This document shows positions 18,955 to 29,330 of a DNA stretch of 64,000 nucleotides, piece by piece (position 1 is the stretch's first letter; every line of letters starts with the position of its first letter). Below the pieces are notes generated by a model that saw only the letters and a list, made by a program, of their open reading frames with translations, ran no database searches and was not told the DNA's origin. Origin of the DNA: Lentisphaeria bacterium (lineage in GTDB: Bacteria; Verrucomicrobiota; Lentisphaeria; JABSQK01; JAWLHB01); contig JAWLHB010000015.1 in NCBI GenBank assembly GCA_041690595.1, positions 62,001 through 126,000 on the forward strand, in the 5' to 3' direction. The translations under genes were made by a program, and so were the position numbers.

Positions 18955-21221
18955 GTACACCCATGACTACCCCCCGATCCCAGGAACATCTCCCGAATCA
19001 GCAGTGGCCGGCGGCGCATGAAGAGGAAGAAATGCCTCTCAGCGGTTACGTGCGTGTGCTGCTGTCGTACTGGTGGATAGTATTGCCACTGGTCATTCTC
19101 GGCGGCGCCCTGGGCGTCGCTTTCGCCAAAATAATGCCACCGGAATACCGCGCTCTGTGCCGCTTCGAGATCTACGAGAACCAGTGGCTGCACATACGCG
19201 AAATGGAGAACACCGATCGCGGTGACGGCGGTACCGGCAACACTGCCGGCATCAAGCGCCATATCATGCTCCTGCGAAGCACCAACCTCAACCAGAAGGT
19301 GCGCAAGCAGCTTCAGGAGAGTTGGGCCGAGAAGGCGCCGGATATCGTGCCGGATCCCGAACTGCAGATCGAGCGGGTCAAGGATGCCCCCGATTCGATG
19401 CTCGACATCCACGTCGACTCCTTCCATCCTGAGTACTCACGGGAGTATATCGAATTGCTCCTCCACGAGTATCGGGGGCTGCGCCTGCAGGAAGCGCAAC
19501 TCGTCTGGGAGGACACCAAGGTCAACCTGACGGCGGAGCGTGAGAAGCTGGCTGCCGAATGGGACGCCGCCCGGATGGCGGTCACCGAATTCGAGGCTAA
19601 GCACAATCTGATCTTCGCTTCCAAGAAGGAGGTCTCGGATCTCAATTATCTGAGCGAGATACTCGACAAATCGCGGGCGGTGCGTACGCAGCGCACCATC
19701 CTCGAGAGTCAGTTCCCCTTCATCACGGATGCCAACGCGGCAACCCTGCGCGATGTGCTCGACCTGACGGTCTTCAGCACGCAGGGTTCAAGCAGCCAGC
19801 CCGGCAATGAAGAGTCCCGCGGCAGCGATGCTCCCGGTTGGTCCGAGATGCCGGAATGGCACAGCGGCGAAGCGCGGGTGATCGGCCTCAAGGAGGAGTA
19901 CGAGCACATGCGCACACTCTACAAGGCGGAGCATCCCAAGATGATCGCGCTCCAGCAGGAGATCGATACCGCCGAACGGGGTCTGCAGACCTCTGCCAAG
20001 CTCACCCTCAAGCGTCTTCAGTCGCGGCGCGATGCGCTCAAGATGCAGGAGGATGCCCTGGAGGAAGCGGCGCGCTCCATCCGTACCAGCATGAACATGT
20101 CGGTCCAGGAAAAGGCGCAGTACGAGAATCTGAAGTCCCGCGCCGATTACCTGCAGTCGATGCTCGACCGGGTCTACACGCGCATCCTCGACTCCACATC
20201 GGGACCACCGGACAGCACCTTCTCCCGGACCGTCGAAGGTCCGAAGGCGCTGGCCGAACCGGTCTGGCCGCAGCCGCTCAAGTCTCTGGCAGTCGGCAGT
20301 CTTCTTGGGCTCATCTTCGGAATCAGCGGCGTCTTCCTGCTGCACTTCCGCCGCCAGCGACTCTACAATGTCGAGCGGATGGAGCGCACCATAGGGCTTG
20401 GCGCCCTCGCCTGGATTCCCAAGATCTCGCGGGCTCACCTCGACAAGGAGCCCTTCTACGTGACCACGCTTCCCAAGCACGATGTGATCTGCGAGTCTTA
20501 CCGCAGTCTTCGCACCGTGCTGGAAGAGAAGCTGGGCGATGGGCAGGTTCTGATGCTCACCAGCTCGGATCGCAGCGAAGGCAAGACCTTCACCAGCGCG
20601 AATATCGCGGCGGTTTTCGGCTGGCGCTACAAGCGGGTCCTGCTCATCGATGCGGATTTCCGCAAGGTTACCCTCTCCGAGCGGCTCCTGAAGGATGGCG
20701 GATCGGGGCAGGGGTTGATCGACTGTCTCGAAGATCCCAGGCAGGATTGGCGTCCTCTCGTGCAGCATGGCCTCAGCGAGAACCTGGATGTGCTCCCGGC
20801 GGGCAAGAGCAGTAATCGGGCCTCCGAGCTGCTCCAGGGGCAGCGCATCGAGCAGATCCTCGGCGAAATGCGCAGCGAGTACGACATCATCATCATCGAC
20901 TCTTCGCCGGTGAATCTGGTGGTCGACGCGACGATCCTGAGCCGGTATGTGGATGCGGTTGGCATTGTGATGGTGCCGGGCGTCACCAAGATTCCCGCGC
21001 TGCGGTATGCGGTCAACCGGCTGCAGTCGGCGAACATCATCGGCTACATTGCCAACAGCGTGACCTCCGGTTCACGCATGTACTACACCTATTATGGCGA
21101 CAGCGCCCAGTACAGCACGTACGGCTACTACGGTCAGCCGCCCGCCAAGTACGCCAGCTATGCCGCCCGCGAGAACTCCGCCTCCAAGAACGGCAAGGTC
21201 CGCGACAAAGTCAAGAGCTGA
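18951..21221 (+). CDS. wzc: Polysaccharide co-polymerase / BY-kinase (Wzc/GumC-like)
   Basis: Two TM segments flank a coiled coil. ESYRSLRT, Walker A SSDRSEGKT, LLIDADFR, IIIDSSP, and C-terminal Tyr cluster YYTYYG..YSTYGYY. Start may be ATG 18963. Confidence 0.9.
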   Translation: MSTPMTTPRSQEHLPNQQWPAAHEEEEMPLSGYVRVLLSYWWIVLPLVILGGALGVAFAKIMPPEYRALCRFEIYENQWLHIREMENTDRGDGGTGNTAGIKRHIMLLRSTNLNQKVRKQLQESWAEKAPDIVPDPELQIERVKDAPDSMLDIHVDSFHPEYSREYIELLLHEYRGLRLQEAQLVWEDTKVNLTAEREKLAAEWDAARMAVTEFEAKHNLIFASKKEVSDLNYLSEILDKSRAVRTQRTILESQFPFITDANAATLRDVLDLTVFSTQGSSSQPGNEESRGSDAPGWSEMPEWHSGEARVIGLKEEYEHMRTLYKAEHPKMIALQQEIDTAERGLQTSAKLTLKRLQSRRDALKMQEDALEEAARSIRTSMNMSVQEKAQYENLKSRADYLQSMLDRVYTRILDSTSGPPDSTFSRTVEGPKALAEPVWPQPLKSLAVGSLLGLIFGISGVFLLHFRRQRLYNVERMERTIGLGALAWIPKISRAHLDKEPFYVTTLPKHDVICESYRSLRTVLEEKLGDGQVLMLTSSDRSEGKTFTSANIAAVFGWRYKRVLLIDADFRKVTLSERLLKDGGSGQGLIDCLEDPRQDWRPLVQHGLSENLDVLPAGKSSNRASELLQGQRIEQILGEMRSEYDIIIIDSSPVNLVVDATILSRYVDAVGIVMVPGVTKIPALRYAVNRLQSANIIGYIANSVTSGSRMYYTYYGDSAQYSTYGYYGQPPAKYASYAARENSASKNGKVRDKVKS

Positions 21222-21230
21222 TCTATCCAC

Positions 21231-21292
21231 CTTCCGGCACACGGGAGTTCCCCGTCGCGCACCATTCCCGGTGCCGGCGGGGTCTTTTTTTT
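21231..21292 (+). terminator. Intrinsic terminator after wzc
   Basis: CCGGCAC...GTGCCGG stem with inner CGGGA/TCCCG pairing, followed by a T8 tract. Confidence 0.65.
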
Positions 21293-21498
21293 GGGGAAGA
21301 GGGCGGCAGGTGGAGCGCCGGCGACGGATGGCTGCGGGCGGCGGCAGCGGAATGGGGAAGGATGGGAAGAATAGGAAGCATGGGAGTCTGAGATCTGACC
21401 CGTTGGTGAGGTGAAGGGATCCAGACAGGCCTGGTAGCCGGGGCAGTTGGCGGCCGTGCGTTGCAACGGCAAAAAGTCAGGCCAAGGCGGCGCATCGG

Positions 21499-21513
21499 TG
21501 GCACGATGCTTGC
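21499..21513 (+). promoter_or_regulatory. Sigma-54 promoter of the che operon
   Basis: TGGCACGATGCTTGC matches the TGGCAC-N5-TTGC consensus exactly, about 50 bp upstream of the cheA ATG. Confidence 0.85.
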
Positions 21514-21561
21514 GGGTCAGGAGCGAAAAGCAACCTATCCACCATCAGGTACAGGGCATAT

Positions 21562-24420
21562 ATGAGCACTCCAACTCTGCAGGAACTTGTCGAACAACTG
21601 GCCGAGATTTTTGTACTGGCGGATCTGACGGACAGCGAATCGAAAGCGGATGTGTGCGCGGTGATCGATCAGGTCCAGCAGCATCCGGCGTCGCACAGCA
21701 AGGTTGTGGAGGTGGCCAAGGCCGCATATGCGGAGTTGAGCCAATCTCTGGCGACGGATGCCAATCGGCTGGCGCACGCGATCAGCCTGCTCGATGGTTG
21801 TATTCGGGTGATGCAGGAGATCGTGCGTGACGGTCGCGACCCGTCCAAGGTGATCCTTCCGGAGGGGGTAACCAATCCCCCACCGGCGCATTCCCCGCTT
21901 GAGGTCAATTTCGACAGTCTTCTGGCGGACTTCGTGCTTCCGGACGACACCCAGTCGCGCAACCCGAGCCAACCGGATCCTGTCAGCATCGAGGCGCTTC
22001 TGGGGCAGGTCGACGAGGTATTCGCGGCCTGTACGCCGACGGACTTGCGCCAATTGGCGACGCTGCATGAGCTGCTGCTGACGCTGTGTCGAAGGCCGGA
22101 ACTGGGCAACGATGTAGCGCGCAGCGCCACCTCAACCGCCGACCTGGTTGAAAGTCTGGTGCTGCAGGACAGCGGCAATCCGGCGGCCGACCTGCAGACG
22201 GTGGGGCAAAGTTTGGTGGGGATCAACAAAGGGTTTCGCGGCGCGGGTCCAGACGCCGTTGAGGTTGAAGACGTGGCGCCGCCATCGCAGCCGACGTTGC
22301 AGATCCAGTTGCCGGCGGCGGTGGATGAAGGGATGCTGGCGGATTTCCTTGGCCGTCAACAGGGATGCCTGGAGGAGTTCGAGGGGGTGCTGCTGGGGCC
22401 GCGGGGCACGGACGAAGAGGCGATGGATCAAATTCGCAGGTTTCTGCACACGCTGAAGGGTGAGGCCGGCCTGCTGGGGCTCGACGCGGTGCAGGGGCTT
22501 TGCCATCATGCGGAAGACAAGTTGAGCGAACGGCCGTTGGCGGAGTTGCGGGAGGCGTTGCTGGAAGCGAAGGACTGGTTGCAGACGTACTTCCGTGCCT
22601 GCGCCGGCCAGTCTCCGCCGCCGCCGCCACCGCGGCAACTGTCGTTGTACAAAGTCGCGATGGCGCTGCCGAAGCCGCCGGCAAGCCTGGTACACGATCC
22701 ACTGGAAGATATGGAGATCGGGGATACAAGCAATCTTTTCGTGGACGCGGATGAGAGCCTGCTGCAGGACTTCGTGGGGGAATCGCTGGAGCATCTGGAG
22801 GCGGCGGATCAGCATCTGCTGGAGTTGGAGCATGATCCCGGGAATCGGGAGCGGCTCGACGCGGTTTTCCGAGCCTTTCACACGATCAAGGGTGTCAGCA
22901 GCTTTCTGGGGCTGACGATGATTCAGCGGCTGGCACATGAAGCGGAGAATCTGCTGGACGGTCTGCGCAAGGGTACGCTGCGGGGGACGCCGCCGGTGGT
23001 GGACACTGTCTTCAAGGCGATTGACGCACTGAAGACGATGATTTCGAGCGGCGCGTATCCGCCGGGAGGGGCTGCGCTACGGGATCTGATGCGGCTGATC
23101 CGCTGCGTGCGCGAGAACGAAGGTCAGGCGGAGGTGGCGGCGGTGGCTCAGCCGTCAGCGGCACGTGAAGCAAGCGAGAGTGTCGCGGAGACGGCTGTGG
23201 AAGGGGGCGGCAGCGTGGTGGTCCGGGAGACGTTGAAGGTGGACGCGCAGCGCCTGGACAAGTTGATCGACATCATCGGGGAGCTGGTGATCGCGGAGGC
23301 GATGGTCAGCCAGTCTCTGGCGGATATTTCGGGGTTGACGATGCAGAAGCGGAACCAGAGCCAGATCAGCAAGATCACCCGTGAACTGCAGGAGATCGGC
23401 ATGTCTCTGCGCATGGTGCCGGTTCGGCCGACTTTCCAGAAGATGGCGCGCATTGTCCATGACCTGGCTCGCAAGGAGAAGAAGGAAGTTCGATTTGCGA
23501 TGTCGGGCGAAGATACGGAGCTGGATAAGACGGTAGTCGATCATATTGGTGACCCGCTGCTGCACATGGTGCGCAATGCGGTGGACCATGGGATCGAGGA
23601 CAGTCCCGCCGACCGCATCGCCGCGGGCAAGCCCGCCGAGGCCACCATCGAGCTGAAGGCCTATCACCAGGGGGGCTACATCTACATCTGCATCTCGGAT
23701 GACGGTCGGGGGCTCAACAAGGATGCGATCCTCGACAAGGCACTGCGCGTGGGGCTGGTACAGCCGGACCAGCAGCTGAGCGATCGGGAGCTTTACATGT
23801 TGATCTTCGAGCCGGGCTTTTCGACGCGACAGGTAGCAACGGATGTTTCGGGGCGCGGTGTCGGCATGGATGTCGTGAAGCGCAACATCGATGCGCTTCG
23901 CGGTCGAGTCGACGTGCAGACGACCTGTGGCAAGGGGACGACGTTCACGTTGAAGCTGCCGCTGACGCTGGCAATTATCGAGGGGATGCTGGTGCGGGTG
24001 GGGGCGGAACGCTACGTCATCCCGACCATGTCCATCGTGCGCACGGTGAGCATCAAGCCGGAGGCACTCAAGACGGCGCTGCACCGGGAAGAGATGCTGA
24101 AGGACGGGGACCGCATGTTACCGCTCTTCCGCCTTGCCGAGCTATTCGATGTCGGCAGCGACAGGAAGAAGGGGGGCGGGACGTTGGCGGTTTTGGTCGA
24201 GACGGAAGGTCGCCGGGCGGCCGTCGTGGTCGATGAGCTGTTGGGCCAGGAGCAGATCGTGCTCAAGAGTCTCGGCCACGCGATGCGAGGTATACCGGGA
24301 ATATCCGGCGGGGCGATCCTGCCGGATGGCCAGGTCGGGCTGATCATCGATGTAGCCGGTCTGTTGCAGCTGGCGCAGTGCGAAGAGGCGGAAGCGGAGC
24401 TGGTGCGGAATGGCGCCTGA
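21562..24420 (+). CDS. cheA: Chemotaxis histidine kinase CheA with two Hpt domains
   Basis: Hpt motifs FLHTLKG and FRAFHTIKG; HMVRNAVDHGIE, DDGRG and FST..VSGRGVGMDVV; C-terminal CheW-like domain. Confidence 0.96.
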   Translation: MSTPTLQELVEQLAEIFVLADLTDSESKADVCAVIDQVQQHPASHSKVVEVAKAAYAELSQSLATDANRLAHAISLLDGCIRVMQEIVRDGRDPSKVILPEGVTNPPPAHSPLEVNFDSLLADFVLPDDTQSRNPSQPDPVSIEALLGQVDEVFAACTPTDLRQLATLHELLLTLCRRPELGNDVARSATSTADLVESLVLQDSGNPAADLQTVGQSLVGINKGFRGAGPDAVEVEDVAPPSQPTLQIQLPAAVDEGMLADFLGRQQGCLEEFEGVLLGPRGTDEEAMDQIRRFLHTLKGEAGLLGLDAVQGLCHHAEDKLSERPLAELREALLEAKDWLQTYFRACAGQSPPPPPPRQLSLYKVAMALPKPPASLVHDPLEDMEIGDTSNLFVDADESLLQDFVGESLEHLEAADQHLLELEHDPGNRERLDAVFRAFHTIKGVSSFLGLTMIQRLAHEAENLLDGLRKGTLRGTPPVVDTVFKAIDALKTMISSGAYPPGGAALRDLMRLIRCVRENEGQAEVAAVAQPSAAREASESVAETAVEGGGSVVVRETLKVDAQRLDKLIDIIGELVIAEAMVSQSLADISGLTMQKRNQSQISKITRELQEIGMSLRMVPVRPTFQKMARIVHDLARKEKKEVRFAMSGEDTELDKTVVDHIGDPLLHMVRNAVDHGIEDSPADRIAAGKPAEATIELKAYHQGGYIYICISDDGRGLNKDAILDKALRVGLVQPDQQLSDRELYMLIFEPGFSTRQVATDVSGRGVGMDVVKRNIDALRGRVDVQTTCGKGTTFTLKLPLTLAIIEGMLVRVGAERYVIPTMSIVRTVSIKPEALKTALHREEMLKDGDRMLPLFRLAELFDVGSDRKKGGGTLAVLVETEGRRAAVVVDELLGQEQIVLKSLGHAMRGIPGISGGAILPDGQVGLIIDVAGLLQLAQCEEAEAELVRNGA

Positions 24421-24480
24421 AACGCTGGCCGAATACTTGCGTATAACCCATAATCTAAAGCGAAACCCAGGAGAACGAGC

Positions 24481-25005
24481 ATGGCAAACCAAGCAGTACT
24501 GATGCAAGAGGAAGGCCTTGGGCACCTTGCGGGAAAGTACCTCACGTTCGAAATGGACAACGAGACGTACGGACTGCCGATCCTCAATGTGCAGGAGATC
24601 ATCGGGATGATGCCGGTGACGCGTGTGCCGCGGACGCCTCCGTTCGTGCGTGGCGTCATCAATCTGCGCGGCCGGGTGATTCCGGTGATCGCGCTGCGGC
24701 AGAAGTTCGGGATGGAAAGCCGGGCGGACGATGAGAAGACGTGTATCATCGTGGTGCAGATCACCATCGAGAGCTACAGCCTCACGGTGGGGATCATCGT
24801 GGATGCGGTCAGTGAAGTGCTGAACGTGGAAGGGAACCAGATCGAACTGACGCCGGAGTTCGGCAGCAATATCGACATGGACTTCATTCTGGGCATCGGG
24901 AAAGTGAACGGCCGCATTGTGATGCTGCTGGACACGAACCGCATCCTGTCGACCACCGAACTTGGCGTTGCCGCGAAGAGCGCCAAGGCCGCCAGCGAGG
25001 AATGA
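24481..25005 (+). CDS. cheW: Chemotaxis adaptor CheW
   Basis: GKYLTF, VRGVINLRGRVIPV and GIIVDAVSEV motifs. Confidence 0.96.
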   Translation: MANQAVLMQEEGLGHLAGKYLTFEMDNETYGLPILNVQEIIGMMPVTRVPRTPPFVRGVINLRGRVIPVIALRQKFGMESRADDEKTCIIVVQITIESYSLTVGIIVDAVSEVLNVEGNQIELTPEFGSNIDMDFILGIGKVNGRIVMLLDTNRILSTTELGVAAKSAKAASEE

Positions 25006-25856
25006 TCCGAATGGGTTCGCCGATTCCTTCACCTGCCACCCCTGGGACCATGAAGGCCAGCACCTTCGAGGCGTTCCGCCGACTCGTCCACGAGCAGTGC
25101 GGTATCAGCCTCGGGGAGAGCAAGCTGGCGCTGGTCTCGTCACGTATCAGCAAGCGGATGCGGCAATTGGGCATGCAGAAATCGGAGGAGTATCTGGAAT
25201 TCCTGCGCCAGGACGATGATGCCGAGATGGTTTTGTTTCTGGACGCGATCAGTACGAACGTGACCTCGTTCTTTCGGGAAGCGATGCACTTTCGCTTCGT
25301 GCAGGAACAGATGGGGAGCTGGCTTGGCGAGGGGCAGAAACGCTTTCGCTTCTGGTCGGCTGCCTGCAGCACCGGAGAGGAGCCGCTGACACTGGCGATG
25401 GTGCTGACGGAACTGTTCGCGGGGCAGCAGGTGGACTGGCGGATACTGGCGACGGACATCAGTACGCGGGCGCTGCTTGCGGCCCAGCGGGGCCTCTACT
25501 CGGAGAACACGCTGAAGAGCGTGCCGCCGACGTTACGCAGCCGCTACTTCGCGAAGCATGCGCCAGCAGGCAGCGCCGAGGTGGTGAGTAAGGCTTCCGC
25601 TGAGATCCACGAGCGGATCATGTGGCGACGAGTCAATCTCTCGCAGCCGCCGTTCCCGCTCAAGGGCAACCTCGACATCGTCTTCTGTCGTAACGTGATG
25701 ATCTACTTCGACGATACCGTTCGCCGGCGCCTGGTCCGGGACTTCTGCCGGCTGCTGAAGCCGGGGGGAATCCTGATCGTGGGAGCGGCGGAATCGCTTT
25801 CGGGCATGATGGACGGCTATCGACTCGTACAGCCAAGCGTTTACTGCAAGGTATAA
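25002..25856 (+). CDS. cheR: Chemotaxis methyltransferase CheR
   Basis: TNVTSFFRE, WSAACSTGEE, ILATDIS and FCRNVMIYF motifs. Start may be 25050. Confidence 0.96.
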   Translation: MIRMGSPIPSPATPGTMKASTFEAFRRLVHEQCGISLGESKLALVSSRISKRMRQLGMQKSEEYLEFLRQDDDAEMVLFLDAISTNVTSFFREAMHFRFVQEQMGSWLGEGQKRFRFWSAACSTGEEPLTLAMVLTELFAGQQVDWRILATDISTRALLAAQRGLYSENTLKSVPPTLRSRYFAKHAPAGSAEVVSKASAEIHERIMWRRVNLSQPPFPLKGNLDIVFCRNVMIYFDDTVRRRLVRDFCRLLKPGGILIVGAAESLSGMMDGYRLVQPSVYCKV

Positions 25857-25859
25857 CCG

Positions 25860-26366
25860 GTGACACCAACTCAAACAGCAATCCGCGGCGCCACGCAACC
25901 GATTGGAATCGCCGAGATGCGCATCAGCCAGTGTGCGGAGGACGTTCTGATCACCTACTCCCTCGGATCGTGCGTTGGCGTCGCCATCTACGATCCGGAA
26001 TGTTGCATCGGGGGCATGCTCCACAGCATGCTGCCGCTGGGCAGCAGCGATCCAGTCAAATCGCAAGCAAGACCGTGCATGTTCACCGACAGCGGCATTC
26101 AGCTCATGCTGACGGAGATGTTCCGGCTGGGTGCGCGCAAGAGCAATCTGATCGTCAAGGTCGCGGGAGGGGCTACGATGCTGGACAGCAAGGAGTTCTT
26201 TCGTATCGGCGAGCGGAACGTGGCCGTAGTGCGCAAGCTGATGTGGAAGAACGGCATTCTCATTCAGAATATGGAGACTGGAGGGAGCGTCTCGCGCACG
26301 ATGAGCCTGCACATGAACAGTGGGATAACGACGATCCGCAGCAATGGCCAGATCCATGAACTATAA
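25860..26366 (+). CDS. cheD: Chemoreceptor glutamine deamidase CheD
   Basis: TYSLGSCVGV, GGMLHSMLP, KVAGGA and IGERN motifs. Confidence 0.95.
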   Translation: MTPTQTAIRGATQPIGIAEMRISQCAEDVLITYSLGSCVGVAIYDPECCIGGMLHSMLPLGSSDPVKSQARPCMFTDSGIQLMLTEMFRLGARKSNLIVKVAGGATMLDSKEFFRIGERNVAVVRKLMWKNGILIQNMETGGSVSRTMSLHMNSGITTIRSNGQIHEL

Positions 26367-26405
26367 CCGGCGCTCCACCCCGCACCAGTCTTTCGGGAGG
26401 CATCC

Positions 26406-26784
26406 ATGGCATACAACATTTTGATCGTAGACGACTCGCTAACCGTGCGGCAGGTGATAGCCCGCTCATTGACCTTGGCAGGCCTGCCGATCGGTTCCAT
26501 TCATGAGGCTGCTAACGGCAGAGAGGGGCTCGACCAACTCGAACGTGAATGGATCGACCTCGTCTTCTGCGACCTGTCGATGCCCGTCATGGACGGCATG
26601 ACCATGGTCGCGCACATGCAGAATGACGGCATGCTGCAGCAGACTCCCGTCATCATCGTGACAGCCGACGGCAGCATCGCCAAGATCGACGAGCTGCGAG
26701 CCCGCGGTGTCTCCGCCTACATCCGTAAACCGTTCACCCCGGAGCAACTGCGCAACGTGGTGATCGACTGCATGAGGTGCGACC

Positions 26785-26801
<17 letters not shown>
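26406..26801 (+). CDS. cheY: Single-domain response regulator (CheY-like)
   Basis: ILIVDDS, VFCDLSMP, VT and KPF motifs. Confidence 0.85.
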
Positions 26802-28366
<1,565 letters not shown>

Positions 28367-28453
28367 GATATTCCGTCGTCAGCCAGCGCACCATGGAGGC
28401 TGGTTCAATACAACTCAAGCAGCAGTGGGAACGTCGAAAGGTGGAGAACAGAC

Positions 28454-28960
28454 ATGTCTGTCGTTGATCAGAAGAACAGCAATGGCAAACCCGCGATCGG
28501 GTTTGCCCACATCAATGCCTTCGTGGAGGCCGCCGTGCGCACATTCGACAACATGTGCAATCTGCAGACCGAACGCGATGGCGATCTGCAGGTGCGCCGA
28601 GGAATGTTCGGGACGCATGAGCTGGTTGGGCTCATCGGACTCTCTGGAAGTGTGCGCGGCGCGGTGATGCTCACCATGCCGATCCTGACCGGGAAGCGGG
28701 TGACAAGCGCCTTTCTCTCGGAACCCGTCCGCGAGACGGGGCCGATGCTGATCGACGCTTTCGGCGAGCTGCTGAACATCATCGCGGGTGCCGCCAGCGC
28801 CAACATGGACGAGGGGCACGTGCAGCTCTCCTTGCCGGCGGTCTTCATCGGGCGCGATTTGCGCACGGGAGCACAGCACAACAGGCCATGGATCGTCATC
28901 CCGATGCGCTTCAACGAATGGGGCAAGTACAACATCGAAGTCAGCCGGGAGACGACATGA
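28454..28960 (+). CDS. cheX: Chemotaxis phosphatase CheX
   Basis: INAFVEA, GLIGLSG..G, DAFGELLNIIAG and SLPAV motifs. Confidence 0.88.
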   Translation: MSVVDQKNSNGKPAIGFAHINAFVEAAVRTFDNMCNLQTERDGDLQVRRGMFGTHELVGLIGLSGSVRGAVMLTMPILTGKRVTSAFLSEPVRETGPMLIDAFGELLNIIAGAASANMDEGHVQLSLPAVFIGRDLRTGAQHNRPWIVIPMRFNEWGKYNIEVSRETT

Positions 28961-29322
28961 AAATCCTTCTTATCGATGATTCCATGACCATGCGGCGGAT
29001 TCAAACACGCGTGCTCAACAGTATGGGGTATGACGACATCATCGAGGCCGGCAACGGCAAGGAAGGGCTCATGCGGATCGTTGAAAACAACTACAACATG
29101 GGCCTCATCCTCTGCGACATCAACATGCCGGAAATGAGCGGCATCGAGACTCTCATGCGGCTGAGGGCGCATCCTCAGACGAAGAGCATCCCGGTTATCA
29201 TGTGTACCTCAGTCGCGGAAAAGGAGCAGGTTCTGCAGGCCTTGAAAGCCGGCGCCAACTCCTACATCGTCAAGCCGTTCGACCCCGAAAGTCTCAAGGA
29301 GAAGATCAACGCGGTTCTCTGA
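28957..29322 (+). CDS. cheY: Chemotaxis response regulator CheY
   Basis: MKILLIDDS, ILCDINMP and GANSYIVKPF motifs. ATG 28957 overlaps the cheX stop. Confidence 0.9.
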   Translation: MKILLIDDSMTMRRIQTRVLNSMGYDDIIEAGNGKEGLMRIVENNYNMGLILCDINMPEMSGIETLMRLRAHPQTKSIPVIMCTSVAEKEQVLQALKAGANSYIVKPFDPESLKEKINAVL

Positions 29323-29330
29323 TCGTCGCC

